Shown: positions 1-10,395, counted from the stretch's first letter. The stretch is 64,000 nt of DNA from an uncultured cyanobacterium (GCA_963766075.1 CAVYAN010000113.1:1-64000), one strand, 5' to 3'. Notes: generated from the letters alone by a model not told the origin. Numbers and translations are program-made.

Positions 1-1
1 T

Positions 2-606
2 ATGACTTCAAGGGTCGCCCAATTTACGACAAAGTGGGATTTATCACCCCGCCCGATCCCAAGTCGCGAGAAGATCAAAACCAAGGTCGCCATTCCCATG
101 CGGCCTCACTTTGGGGTAATGGGGGTGGCACCGGGCGAAAGTGGACGGATCAACAGCATTCCTCCCGGCGCATTCGGCGGCAACATTGATAACTGGCGGA
201 TTGGGCAGGGGCGACGATGTATTATCCGGTGTTCAATAAGGGAGCTAATTTCTTTGTCGGTGACCCGCACATGGGACAGGGAGATGCAGAACTGTCAGGG
301 ACGGCGATCGAGGCATCCATGAATTCCTACCTGCAAATCTTTGTGCTGAAGGATTTTCCCATTACCAATCCCATTCTAGAAACCGATTCCCATTGGATTA
401 CCCACGGGTTCAATGAAGACTTGAACAAGGCAATGCGGCAGTCGGCTGACCAAATGCTGGATTTCTTGACAACCAAACGCCAGATGAGCGCGGATGAGGC
501 GTATTCTCTGATTTCAGTGGGGGTGGATTTTGGGGTAACCCAAGTTGTGGATATCCGCCAGGGTTGCCATGCGGCAGTGCCCAAGCGGCTGTTTGTGCCG
601 ACCTAG
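2..606 (+). CDS. Acetamidase/formamidase family protein, 5'-truncated by the window, one apparent frameshift at ~205-211
   Basis: The first frame reads 'PHFGVMGVAP..SIPPGAFGGNIDNWRIG'. It continues in the 217..606 frame as '(GAT)MYYPV..GDPHMGQGDAELSGTAIE'. One G is missing from a G-run. Confidence 0.85.
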
Positions 607-762
607 GCACAAAAGCACAGTGCAGGAAGCGGGGAACAGGAAGCCGAAATTTCGACGAGGCGGGCTATTAGGCTGCTACAGGTAGTTTTTATGGGGTGGC
701 ATGAGTAGCGTCTAGAGCCAAATACCACTAATGATTCCCGTGAACGCGAAGGCGCATGCACT

Positions 763-1425
763 CTATTCTGGTAGTAAATCTTCTAGGGCTGCGCCAACCA
801 CGCGGTGGCTTTCGTCTTGACGCAGACGGGTGAGCGCGGCTTTGGCGGTGGGATCGTCAAAGTGTTTAAGGGCGTAGGCAACCCGCCAGCGAATGCGATC
901 GGCGGGGGCGGTAGCGAGGTCTAGCAGGTGGCTGAGGGCGATCGGATGCTGACTGGTGTTTGCCAAACTGCCGAGGGCATCCACCGAAGACTCCTGCACC
1001 GTCAAATCTTCGCCGCCGACACCCTTCACGCAGATCTCCAATACTTCTTCGGGACAGGCCATTTCTACCAGTGCGCCCAAAATACTGCGCTGCACCAGCC
1101 AATGATCATCCTGAAAAAAGGCCGCTACCAAGTAGGACGCGGCCACTTTGCCAAATAGGGACAGAGAATTGGCCGCCTCAGCCCGCACGTTGGGCGTATT
1201 GTCGAGCTTGATCATTTGCAGCAGGGCGGCAAAGGAGTCCGAGGTATGGTGACTGCCGAGACCACGGGCCACGAAGGTTCGCACCAGAAATTCCGGATCG
1301 TTGAGGCAACCCCGCAGAATGGGCACAGCCCGGTCAGGGCTATGGTCCTTGAGGGCGGCGATCGCCTTCAGCCGATACTGAAAGTCGGGATTTTGCAAGG
1401 CAACCTCAATGTCATGAATGTCCAT
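763..1425 (-). CDS. nblB: HEAT-repeat phycobilisome degradation protein NblB (PBS lyase-like)
   Basis: ~220 aa HEAT repeats: 'RLKAIAALK..DPEFLVRTFVARGLG..DNTPNVRAEAANSLSLFG..DHWLVQRSIL'. ATG at 1425 chosen as start. Confidence 0.75.
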   Translation of the reverse strand: MDIHDIEVALQNPDFQYRLKAIAALKDHSPDRAVPILRGCLNDPEFLVRTFVARGLGSHHTSDSFAALLQMIKLDNTPNVRAEAANSLSLFGKVAASYLVAAFFQDDHWLVQRSILGALVEMACPEEVLEICVKGVGGEDLTVQESSVDALGSLANTSQHPIALSHLLDLATAPADRIRWRVAYALKHFDDPTAKAALTRLRQDESHRVVGAALEDLLPE

Positions 1426-1671
1426 AGCCCCTATTTCCACCCGTTTTGCGTGCAATGTTTACCTACTGTAATCAAAAATCCGCATCGATTGGTGCCGGGA
1501 TTTGGGAAGATATTAAAGTGACCCCTGGGAATCCCTGGAAAGTGATCCCAGCGGCATCAGTCCGTTGCCGCCTTGCTGCTCTCTATGCCTTGCTCTGCCT
1601 ATCCCGCGCTCTGCCTGTTGCATGAGTCTCAATCCCGCTTCCCCTGATCCTTTCTCCTGCCAATTGCCGCT

Positions 1672-2637
1672 ATGCCGACTGCCTCGACTGCTGTTATACC
1701 CAACGTTTCTCTGCCGAGTGCCCCTACTCCTGTGCTAGACTCCGCGATCACTGATGCTCTTTTGGAACAGGTCACTGAACAAATTACCTTACTGACCTTT
1801 GATGATGAGGACCACGCCCTGATCCAACAGCTCGTGGAAAGTTTGGCGGATACCCGAGAGTCGGTGCGGCGGCGGTTGATCGACACCCTGGGAGAAATTG
1901 GCGAGCCTGCGACCGGAGCCTTATTGCGAGCTGTTGCTAATCATCCCAACCCGGTGGTGCGGCGGGCCTGTAGCAAGGCCCTGGCCAGAATTGGTGACCC
2001 CGAGGCCGTGCCCCTGTTGCGGCAGGTACTGCTCTACGATCCGGATACGGAGGCTAAAAGCCTTGCAGCAGGGGCATTGGCTCGGATTGGGGCGGGGGCA
2101 GTCGAGGCATTGCTGGCGGTGATTGAGTCGCCGGATTGTGATGAAAGTACCAAAGGATACGCGGCGTGGGCGCTGGCGTTTATTGGGCCGGAGGCGGCGG
2201 AGTATTTGGCGGCGGCGATCGCCTCGAATTCGGTAGATGTGCGCTGTGCGGCGGTGGGGGCGATCGCCCATTTGGTCCAGGATCAAGGCGATCCCAAAGC
2301 CTTTAAGCTGCTGATTGCTGCCTTGACTGATCCCTCTAGCTTGGTGCGTGCGACAGCGGCGGCGGTGTTTGGCAAGTTGAAAAATCTGGCGGCGGTGCCC
2401 CATTTGATCCTGGCCCTGCGGGATAGTGCTGGGGCTGTACGCCAAGCGGCGGCCATCTCTCTGGGGCGATTGGGCAATCCTTTGGCGATCGCCCCGCTGC
2501 AAGCAGTGCTCCAGGATGAGGTAGAGTCCGTTCGGCTTTTGGCGAAATTAGCCCTTTCCCAATTGACCGATTGCGCCCCAAATCCACTGCTCGATGCACC
2601 ACCGCCCCCCAATCCGCCCCCCGCTGATACCCCCTAG
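1672..2637 (+). CDS. cpeF: CpcE/F-clan HEAT-repeat bilin lyase, CpeF/MpeV-like
   Basis: 'TDALL..QLVESLAD.R..R......LGEIGEPAT..L..A.ANHPNPVVRRA..KAL' and 'ESTKGYAAWALAFIG' match CpeF/MpeV-type PEB lyases as recalled. Confidence 0.6.
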   Translation: MPTASTAVIPNVSLPSAPTPVLDSAITDALLEQVTEQITLLTFDDEDHALIQQLVESLADTRESVRRRLIDTLGEIGEPATGALLRAVANHPNPVVRRACSKALARIGDPEAVPLLRQVLLYDPDTEAKSLAAGALARIGAGAVEALLAVIESPDCDESTKGYAAWALAFIGPEAAEYLAAAIASNSVDVRCAAVGAIAHLVQDQGDPKAFKLLIAALTDPSSLVRATAAAVFGKLKNLAAVPHLILALRDSAGAVRQAAAISLGRLGNPLAIAPLQAVLQDEVESVRLLAKLALSQLTDCAPNPLLDAPPPPNPPPADTP

Positions 2638-2752
2638 GGCAGTCCTCGCCGCCCACCCTCACTGCCTCTATCTGATTTCAGCTTCTTGCTCAAGTCCCTA
2701 CATGGTTGCCCCGTGGGATAGATAGACTGCCCCCTAAAAAAACCGATTTTAT

Positions 2753-2830
2753 TGACATCCCGCTTTACTGACATCCCGCTGCTTTTGCCAGCTTGCTCGT
2801 TTTACATACCGCTGCTTTTTACATTCTGAC
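2753..2830. repeat. Degenerate ~16-17-bp direct repeats upstream of cpeR (TGACATCCCGCT core)
   Basis: TGACATCCCGCT at 2753 and 2769; variants at ~2786, 2802 and 2819. Confidence 0.6.
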
Positions 2831-2854
2831 GTTTAGGAACTCGGCACAGCGTTT

Positions 2855-3223
2855 ATGAAAGGTCTAAAAAATGGCTTAGACAAGCCCAAGTCCACCGAGT
2901 TAGAACGTTCTCCAGCAATTTTGCCCCCGGAAGCGCAAAAAAAGTTGCAGAGCTGGATCCGCAGTCGCCACCTAATTTGTTCAGGGAATTTTTACGTCTT
3001 TGAAAGTGTTGACTACACCGCTGTGGAACGCTTTACCGACTGTATCGAAGCCTTGGGTGGCACCTTTATCTGTGTAGAACCCATCGACAAAATTTGGATG
3101 GGTGATCATCGTCAGGTTATGCTTTATCGGGCTAAGGCCAGCCTGCATACGCCATGCCATGACTTGAAACAATATTGGCTGAAGTACGGCAGTTTTCACA
3201 CCCGGTTTGATAGTCGTGAGTGA
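2855..3223 (+). CDS. cpeR: CpeR family phycoerythrin operon regulator
   Basis: 'LPPEAQKKLQSWIRSRHLICSGNF..WMGDHRQV.LYRAKASLHTPCHDLKQYW..GSF.TRFD' is the CpeR signature. The true start may lie ~20 codons downstream. Confidence 0.85.
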   Translation: MKGLKNGLDKPKSTELERSPAILPPEAQKKLQSWIRSRHLICSGNFYVFESVDYTAVERFTDCIEALGGTFICVEPIDKIWMGDHRQVMLYRAKASLHTPCHDLKQYWLKYGSFHTRFDSRE

Positions 3224-3363
3224 GCCACTAAGGTGAAACCTGTTGTATGTCATTTATGGATGCCTCCCGACTGAGTCTGCGGTGGGGTGCTAGCAAAATC
3301 TAGGGTTTCCAAGTAATTTGGAACGTAGCCTATTCATCTTGCCGTTCTTATTCCCGGTATCCT

Positions 3364-4335
3364 ATGGACCTAAGCCTAATTATCTCTAATTTTCTAAATC
3401 CGCCGATATTGTTCTTTTTCCTGGGCATGGTGGCAATTTTTGTCAAATCGGATTTGGAGATTCCTGCCCCGATTCCTAAGCTGTTTTCCTTGTACTTGCT
3501 GTTGGCGATCGGGTTTAAGGGAGGCGTCGAACTGGCTAAAAGTGGGATTAATCAAACGGTGGTGCTGACCATTGTGGCCGCTATGGTGATGGCCTGTGTG
3601 GTGCCGTTCTACACGTTTTTCATTTTGCGGACCCGGCTGGATCCCTACAATGCAGCGGCGATCGCCGCCACCTATGGCTCTATTAGTGCCGTCACTTTTA
3701 TCACCGCCAATTCCTTTTTGAATCAATTGCACATTGCGTCTGATGGCTACATGGTGGCCGCCCTGGCGCTCATGGAATCCCCCGCCATCATCGTGGGCCT
3801 AATTTTGGTCAACCTGTTCACCACCAAGAAAGATGAGAAGCAAGGCATTAACTGGTCCGAAGTGCTCCAGGAGGCTTTCCTAAACGGCTCTGTCTTCCTA
3901 CTGATTGGAAGCCTGCTGATCGGTGTGCTGACGGGCGAGCATGGATGGAAAGTCCTGAGTCCCTTCACCCAGGATATGTTCTACGGCGTGCTGACATTCT
4001 TTCTATTGGATATGGGCTTGGTCGCGGCTCGCCGTATCAAAGACCTCCAACGGACGGGAAGTTTCCTGGTTGGCTTTGCCATCCTTGTGCCCATTTTAAA
4101 TGCCGCGATCGGCATCCTCATCGCCAAAGCGATCCACATGCCCCAGGGGGATGCTTTGCTGTTTGCTGTTCTGTGTGCCAGTGCCTCCTACATTGCAGTG
4201 CCGGCGGCCATGCGCATGACCGTCCCCGAAGCCAATCCCAGCCTTTATATCTCCACGGCCCTCGCCGTTACCTTTCCCTTCAATATCAGTATTGGCATTC
4301 CCCTGTATGAATACGGCATCGAATTGCTATGGTAA
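3364..4335 (+). CDS. sbtA: Sodium-dependent bicarbonate transporter family permease (short SbtA-like/DUF897 class)
   Basis: 323 aa polytopic membrane protein with 'SDLEIP', 'ATYGSISAVTF', 'ALMESPAI' and 'ASASYIAVPAAMR'. Confidence 0.85.
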   Translation: MDLSLIISNFLNPPILFFFLGMVAIFVKSDLEIPAPIPKLFSLYLLLAIGFKGGVELAKSGINQTVVLTIVAAMVMACVVPFYTFFILRTRLDPYNAAAIAATYGSISAVTFITANSFLNQLHIASDGYMVAALALMESPAIIVGLILVNLFTTKKDEKQGINWSEVLQEAFLNGSVFLLIGSLLIGVLTGEHGWKVLSPFTQDMFYGVLTFFLLDMGLVAARRIKDLQRTGSFLVGFAILVPILNAAIGILIAKAIHMPQGDALLFAVLCASASYIAVPAAMRMTVPEANPSLYISTALAVTFPFNISIGIPLYEYGIELLW

Positions 4336-4408
4336 ACAAGAGCTAGCAACTTTAGGCCCTAGTATTTAGGACAGGCTCGTCACTCATTCTTCACTTTTGA
4401 TCTTTCCC

Positions 4409-4726
4409 ATGCATCCTGTTAAACGTATCGAAATTATTTCCGACTCGATTGAATTGAGCAAAATCCTCGCGGGCTTAAAGGAGGCAGGCGTTGTGAATTA
4501 CACTGTGATTCGCAATGTTTCTGGCACCGGTGGACGCGGTAATCGTGACAGTAGCGATTTGGATATGATGAGTATTGAGAATGATTACGTAATCGCATTT
4601 TGTCTGCCGGAACAAGTCAAAAAGGTGGGTGAACTGATTCGGCCCATTTTGAATAAGTTTGGCGGGACGTGCTATGTTTCCGATGCGATCGAGATTAAGT
4701 CGCTGCGGTGTGTCGCGTCGATGTAG
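4409..4726 (+). CDS. sbtB: P-II-like regulator SbtB
   Basis: Lies directly downstream of sbtA. P-II-like motifs 'KRIEII', 'YTVIRNVSGTGGRG', 'IRPILNKFGGTCYVSDA'. Confidence 0.8.
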   Translation: MHPVKRIEIISDSIELSKILAGLKEAGVVNYTVIRNVSGTGGRGNRDSSDLDMMSIENDYVIAFCLPEQVKKVGELIRPILNKFGGTCYVSDAIEIKSLRCVASM

Positions 4727-5172
4727 TGAAGCTCCGTGCATTGAGGTCTATGCGCTGAGATGTATGTGCTCTGGTGTATGTGCTGAGGTCTATTCATTAG
4801 CTGCCCCCCGATCAAAGGCTCAATGGACCGATAGTACCCGCTCGGGGGCGATTGCAGATCCGGAATAGTGGGGTTGGAGCCTGTTGATTATAGGGAGTGA
4901 CGGTGCTCCTAGTCATGCAGGGGCAACGGCTCAACACAGAGTCCATCGATTACCCATACCGCAGTTTCTATCACAGGAACTGCGGTTTTTTAGCGCGTGG
5001 ATTCCCACGGTGGATGTGCAGACGAGTTTCTGCCTGCTAGCGACACTCAGTTCCTGGGGTAGGGGCACAGCCGGATCATCTGCAATGGGGTTGTTCTTAG
5101 GGGTTGTTCTTAGGGGAGGGGTGAGGTGTTAGGGTTGAAGGGCAGGAATTCAGCGAACGTGAAGGATGCCCT

Positions 5173-6042
5173 ATGTTTCAGAGGTTGCTTGTCTGCACGG
5201 ATTTATCGGATGGGGTGTATCGACTAGCGCAGTTTGTGCCGAGTTTGGCCGCAGCAGGAATCAAACAGATTACTTTTCTGCATGGGGTGCCACTGCGGGA
5301 TGATGTGGGTGTCCCCCAGGCAAATCAGGAGCAGATGGCTGCCGCGCGCGATCGCCTGTCCATTGCCCTCCAAAATATCCCGGATCCAGTACAGGTAGAG
5401 GTCTTGGTCGAGGCAGGTCAGCCCTTGGACTTGATTTTGCGGGTGGCCCAGGCTGAGCAATCCGACTTGATTGTGCTGGGTATGCCAATACGCAATGTGC
5501 TGGCCGAAACCCTATTTGGCAGTACCACCATGGGGCTCTGCCAGAAAACACCCGTGCCGCTGCTGATTTTGCGGCCCCAGATGCTTGACAGCTACACCAC
5601 AGAAGAACTCGATCTACGCTGCCAGCATTTGGTGCAGCGCCTTTTGATTCCCTATGATGGCAGTCAGTCCGCGCAATTTTTACTGGATCAGGTGCAGGAA
5701 TTGGCCCAGGACCGTCCCAAACACTCCTTAGAATTCTGCCATTTGTGCTGGGCGATTGAGGAGGGGGGTAGGCTGCCCCAGGATGCTCAGGTAGCAGCGG
5801 CCCAAGCGGCGCTGCCCATCGCCAAAGCCCGGTTAGAACGCTTAAACTTAACGGTAACGACAGCCGTGCGGCGGGGCAACCCTGTCGCGGAGGTAGTGGC
5901 CGCTGCCCGCGAGGAAGATGTGAGCGCTATTGCTGTCTCCTCCGGTAGCATCGGCACGTTTCGTGAATGGTCAATTCCCAGCGTTACCCGAGAACTGCTG
6001 CGTCGGAGCGGGCGACCGTTGCTATACTTTCCAGCGCATTAA
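5173..6042 (+). CDS. Universal stress protein (two tandem USP domains)
   Basis: 'FQRLLVCTDLSD', 'DLIVLG..LFGSTT' and second domain 'LLIPYDGS..RRGNP'. Confidence 0.9.
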   Translation: MFQRLLVCTDLSDGVYRLAQFVPSLAAAGIKQITFLHGVPLRDDVGVPQANQEQMAAARDRLSIALQNIPDPVQVEVLVEAGQPLDLILRVAQAEQSDLIVLGMPIRNVLAETLFGSTTMGLCQKTPVPLLILRPQMLDSYTTEELDLRCQHLVQRLLIPYDGSQSAQFLLDQVQELAQDRPKHSLEFCHLCWAIEEGGRLPQDAQVAAAQAALPIAKARLERLNLTVTTAVRRGNPVAEVVAAAREEDVSAIAVSSGSIGTFREWSIPSVTRELLRRSGRPLLYFPAH

Positions 6043-6087
6043 ATCCCAGTGCCTTAGTCATCCCAGCGCATTAGTAATCTCCTTGCT

Positions 6088-6127
6088 GCAGAAATCCCTC
6101 TGCTGGCGGGGCTTCTGCTTTATTTAC
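6088..6127 (+). terminator. Possible intrinsic terminator after usp
   Basis: GCAGAAATCCC..GGGGCTTCTGC imperfect stem followed by TTTATTT. Confidence 0.35.
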
Positions 6128-6146
6128 TGCTCCCACCTAATCATCC

Positions 6147-6962
6147 ATGCGCGCTCCCTTCCCCATTCAGGCTTATGGTCAGAGCGATCGCCCAGCCCTG
6201 CTGTTTCTCCATGGCTTTTTGGGCGATCGCTCTGACTTTCAGCGGGCGATCGCACGACTCTCCGAACAGTTTTACTGCTTAACGGTGGACTTGCCCGGTC
6301 ATGGCAACAGCCGCAGGCATGATGATGAGAGGCATCATGACTTGCCCCAGCACGATGAAACCCGCTATACAATCCCCAAAATCGCTGAAACGCTGGCCCA
6401 GTGGGTAGAATCTCTGCCCAGTTCCCAGCTCTATCTCACGGGGTATTCCATGGGTGGACGTTTGGCCCTGTATCTGGCCCTGAATTATCCGAAACGTTTC
6501 CCAAAAGCTGTGATCGAGTCAGCCTCGCCGGGATTACGCACCCAGATCGAACGCGATCACCGCATTCATCATGATGAGCAGCTAGCGCAGCAAATCGAAT
6601 CGGACTTTTCCAAATTCCTCAGGGAGTGGTACGCACAACCGTTGTTTCAGTCCCTGAGGCAGGATCCGCACTTTGCCGCACTGGTGCACCGGCGATCGCA
6701 GCAGCACCCTGGCGATCTAGCGCGGGCCTTACGCGGGATGAGCACCGGCAAACAGCCCAGCTTATGGGATGCTCTAGCCGTGCACCGTCAGCCGTTGTTG
6801 TTAATCGTAGGGAGGCGCGATCGCAAATTTTTGGCCATTAATCAGCAGATGGCGGCGCTCTGTCCCACGGCCCAGTTGGTGGTCGTCCCGCAGGCAGGCC
6901 ATAATGTCCATGTAGAAAATCCTCGGGCCTTTAGCGATCACCTAGGCCGCTTTTTCGCATAG
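6147..6962 (+). CDS. menH: SHCHC synthase (alpha/beta hydrolase, phylloquinone pathway)
   Basis: 'LFLHGFLG', 'DLPGHG', nucleophile motif 'GYSMGGRLAL', 'ESASPGL', 'AGHNVHVE'. Confidence 0.9.
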   Translation: MRAPFPIQAYGQSDRPALLFLHGFLGDRSDFQRAIARLSEQFYCLTVDLPGHGNSRRHDDERHHDLPQHDETRYTIPKIAETLAQWVESLPSSQLYLTGYSMGGRLALYLALNYPKRFPKAVIESASPGLRTQIERDHRIHHDEQLAQQIESDFSKFLREWYAQPLFQSLRQDPHFAALVHRRSQQHPGDLARALRGMSTGKQPSLWDALAVHRQPLLLIVGRRDRKFLAINQQMAALCPTAQLVVVPQAGHNVHVENPRAFSDHLGRFFA

Positions 6963-7134
6963 GCATCTTTTACATAGGCAATTTCTATGTGGGCAGTTTT
7001 TAGTAGGCAATTTTTATATGGGCAATTTCTTCACGGATTCGGTTCTGCCGCTGGTGGCGCGCTAGGATTCGGGAAGGTTCGCGCCCGCAGGCAGCCATTA
7101 ACAGGCCACACAGTAAATTGGATAAATAAATCGG

Positions 7135-7710
7135 ATGCACAGTCAAGTGTCGGAACAAGTGATGGTGGTGTTTCAGGAGATTGATCGCCAAACCGCCAAC
7201 TTTCAGGCCACCACAGGGTTGCACTGTCCTCCGGGCTGCGGCAAATGCTGTCAAAGTCCCACGGTAGAGGTGACTGTGCTGGATTGCCTGCCCTATGCGA
7301 TCGAGGCGTGGCAGGGCGGCCAAGCCGATGCCATCTTGGCACAGTTGGCAGATCCGGATGTGCACTATTGTATTTTTTATCAGGCTGACCCCACCCTTCC
7401 CGGTAATGGGCGCTGTGGTGTTTATGCATGGCGACCCGCGCTGTGTCGCTTGTTTGGGTTTGCCACTGTTCGCACGAAGCAGGCCCAGCCGGAACTGGCG
7501 GCCTGTGCGGAACACAAAGCCACCCAACTCGATACCGTTACCCAGATTCAACGGGCTCTGCAAACGGGATTGGCCGCGCCCAGGTTTACTGAATTTGCCC
7601 AGCAAATTGCCGAGATTGAACCCAGCTTGGGCACGACTTATTTGCCGATTAACCAGGCGTGGCAGCAGGCAATGGAGCGAGTGGGGCTGTGGCGGCAATG
7701 GGAGACCTAG
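7135..7710 (+). CDS. YkgJ family cysteine cluster protein
   Basis: 'CPPGCGKCC', 'CIFY', 'GRCGVYAWRPALCRLFG'. Confidence 0.85.
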   Translation: MHSQVSEQVMVVFQEIDRQTANFQATTGLHCPPGCGKCCQSPTVEVTVLDCLPYAIEAWQGGQADAILAQLADPDVHYCIFYQADPTLPGNGRCGVYAWRPALCRLFGFATVRTKQAQPELAACAEHKATQLDTVTQIQRALQTGLAAPRFTEFAQQIAEIEPSLGTTYLPINQAWQQAMERVGLWRQWET

Positions 7711-7797
7711 TCCTGTGGTTTCAGGAGGAACTGCGGTGTCAGGCTGAATACCCTTGGAGAGGACGGAATCATGGGAGAGCCGGACGGGACTGTCAGG

Positions 7798-8310
7798 TTA
7801 GCCGAGGGGCTTGCCCCATAGAGTTTGGGCTTGGAGGGCATCGAGGGCCACGGGATAGTCGCCAGTGTGGACCATGGCCCGAATGGTCACCTTTGGCCCC
7901 CACAATAACAGCTCCAGGTACACGCGGGCGGTCCCCAAATCCTGGCCATTGGCATCAAAGAGCTCAAGCCAGCCATCATCCCCGTCAGTGGTGACAAACA
8001 CGGCAAAGGTGTCCTGCCCCTCCACGGGCACCTGGGCGACTGTGACTACGCCACAATCTCGGTCTTCGACCTGCTGATGATAGAACCCATAGGATTCGAT
8101 CACGGGTTGGGGGATGCCTGGGGGGTGTGCCATCTCTCGCACGGACATCAGCGCGTGGCGATAGAGGTCAAAGGACTCCGGATTGCCTGCGTCGCCCTGA
8201 CAATAGTGACGATATTGGTTCTGCCAATAGCCTTTGAATAAATCAGCATAAGCCTGCTGGACCTGTTCCACCCAAGTTCCCATCTCAAAATGTCCTTCGC
8301 CCTTTGGCAT
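7798..8310 (-). CDS. Hypothetical protein
   Basis: 170 aa ORF of natural composition ('TTDGDDGWLELFD') filling the gap between convergent and divergent neighbours. Confidence 0.7.
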   Translation of the reverse strand: MPKGEGHFEMGTWVEQVQQAYADLFKGYWQNQYRHYCQGDAGNPESFDLYRHALMSVREMAHPPGIPQPVIESYGFYHQQVEDRDCGVVTVAQVPVEGQDTFAVFVTTDGDDGWLELFDANGQDLGTARVYLELLLWGPKVTIRAMVHTGDYPVALDALQAQTLWGKPLG

Positions 8311-8482
8311 GAATGTCCTGATTATCAGGGGTTTTTCCCGTATTGCTGGCGATCGCCCCCTTCAGATTTAGATTTCCCCACAGATCCGGCCCGCCAACTC
8401 CCCTGGATCTCCGTTGCGAGCCGACAAATCTGTGGTACAACCTAGCTGATACCTCATTGCACGGTTCCTACGCGCGATCGCC

Positions 8483-9115
8483 ATGCCATTGCAAGACTTA
8501 TTTACAGCGGGCGGCGTGGTCATGTTTCCCCTATTGGGGTTTTCTATCCTCGCTGTGACGTTGATTCTGGAGCGCACCCGATTTTGGTTCTCCATCAGCC
8601 AACGCCAAGACCAACTGGTGAAAGAGATCATGCTTCTGTATCGCAAAAGCCCAAGTGCGGCGTTTGGCAAGCTGGAGCAGAATCAAGATCTGCCCATTGC
8701 CCGAATTTTTCTGGCAGCCCTGGTCCTTGACCGCCCGACGCCCGATGAGTTTCGCCTTGCCTTAGAAAGTGCGGCCCAGGCCGAACTGCCCCTGATTCGC
8801 CGATTTAATACGGTGTTTGACACGATCATTAGCGTCTCGCCCTTACTGGGTCTACTGGGCACAATTTTGGGATTAATTGGCTCCTTTGCATCGCTGCAAG
8901 TGGGGGATCTGGGGGCTACCAATGCAGGCGGTGTCAAGGCTGGCATCAGCGAGGCGTTGGTGTCTACGGCCTCGGGGCTAGTGGTAGCCATTGTGACCCT
9001 GCTGTTTGCTAACACGTTTCGCGGCCTCTATCGTCGTCAAATGGCTTTGATTCAAGAATATGGCGGCCAACTAGAATTGCTGTATCGACGACAGGTCCCC
9101 GGAAAAATGTCTTAA
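8483..9115 (+). CDS. exbB: MotA/TolQ/ExbB proton channel family protein
   Basis: 'GGVVMFPL', 'SPLLGLLGTILGLIGSF', 'GISEALVSTASGL'. Confidence 0.85.
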   Translation: MPLQDLFTAGGVVMFPLLGFSILAVTLILERTRFWFSISQRQDQLVKEIMLLYRKSPSAAFGKLEQNQDLPIARIFLAALVLDRPTPDEFRLALESAAQAELPLIRRFNTVFDTIISVSPLLGLLGTILGLIGSFASLQVGDLGATNAGGVKAGISEALVSTASGLVVAIVTLLFANTFRGLYRRQMALIQEYGGQLELLYRRQVPGKMS

Positions 9116-9273
9116 TCCGCACCTGCCAACGTCTAGGAAAAAATTTTTTCTCAAATTTCTTCTAGAGGCCGCCAAGAAGGTAGCCCAGAAGGCCACTTAG
9201 ATCAGATGCCTCCAGAGGCTGCCCAGTTGCTTGCTTCGGATTTCCCCTACCCTTATCCTGAAGGACGGGATTT

Positions 9274-10395
9274 ATGGGAATGATCGAGATGCTCTGCCAA
9301 ACGCTAGTTGTCAAAATTGGGACCTCAAGCCTAACTCAACCTGAAACTGGGCTGTTGGCTTTGTCTACTCTGGCCAGTTTAGTGGAAACCCTAGCAGATT
9401 TGCAGCGGCAGGGACATCGCGTCGTTTTGGTCTCCTCGGGAGCGGTGGGGGTCGGCTGTGCCCGGTTGGGGTTAACGGAACGTCCCAAGGCGATCGCCCG
9501 CAAACAGGCCGTGGCCGCCGTCGGGCAGGGACGCCTGATCCGCGTCTACGATGACCTATTTACCCTGCTGCAACAGCCCATCGCCCAAGTGCTGCTAACC
9601 CGGGGGGATCTGATGCATCGCCGCAGCTACCTTAACGTGGAGCGCACATTCCAGGAATTGTTGGATCTGGGCGTGATTCCCATCGTCAATGAAAACGATA
9701 CGGTGGCTGTAGATGAGCTGAAGTTTGGGGACAACGATACGTTGTCCGCTCTTGTGGCCAGCCTCGTTCATGCCGATTGGCTATTTCTGCTGACAGATGT
9801 CGATCGCCTCTATTCCGCCGATCCACGCAGTCATCCCGACGCGCAACCGATCCTTCGGGTGGAGCACATAGCCGACTTGAAGTCTGTCCAGGTGGGCGAT
9901 CGCGGCTCTCAGTGGGGTACAGGTGGCATGGTCACCAAAATTACGGCTGCGGAAATCGCCACGGGGGCCGGGGTCCGTACTGTGATTACCCAAGGCCGCA
10001 ATCCTCGGGATTTAGAAAAAATTCTGGCTGGGGCTGAAATTGGTACCCGGTTTGAGCCGCAGCCCCGCCCGGTCAGCTCTCGCAAACATTGGATCGCCCA
10101 CGGCTTAGTTCCTGCGGGCAGTTTGTATCTGGATGAGGGGGCTGTACGCGCCATTTGCGAGGCGGGTAAGTCGCTGCTGCCAGCGGGTATTGTCCAAATT
10201 GAGGGCGAGTTTGAGAGTCAGGAGGCGGTGCGCCTGTGCGATCGCGCGGGTCAGGAAATTGCCCGGGGGTTAGTCAACTACGGCAGTAGTGAACTGGCAC
10301 AAATTCGCGGCCATCAGTCGGATGAAATTTCAACAATTTTGGGCTATATGGACGCAGAAACCGTGGTGCACCGGGATAATCTGACCCTGGTGTAA
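9274..10395 (+). CDS. proB: Glutamate 5-kinase (with PUA domain)
   Basis: 'VVKIGTSSL', 'SSGAV', 'PIVNENDTV', 'FGDNDTLSA', 'WGTGGMVTK', 'VHRDNL'. Confidence 0.97.
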   Translation: MGMIEMLCQTLVVKIGTSSLTQPETGLLALSTLASLVETLADLQRQGHRVVLVSSGAVGVGCARLGLTERPKAIARKQAVAAVGQGRLIRVYDDLFTLLQQPIAQVLLTRGDLMHRRSYLNVERTFQELLDLGVIPIVNENDTVAVDELKFGDNDTLSALVASLVHADWLFLLTDVDRLYSADPRSHPDAQPILRVEHIADLKSVQVGDRGSQWGTGGMVTKITAAEIATGAGVRTVITQGRNPRDLEKILAGAEIGTRFEPQPRPVSSRKHWIAHGLVPAGSLYLDEGAVRAICEAGKSLLPAGIVQIEGEFESQEAVRLCDRAGQEIARGLVNYGSSELAQIRGHQSDEISTILGYMDAETVVHRDNLTLV

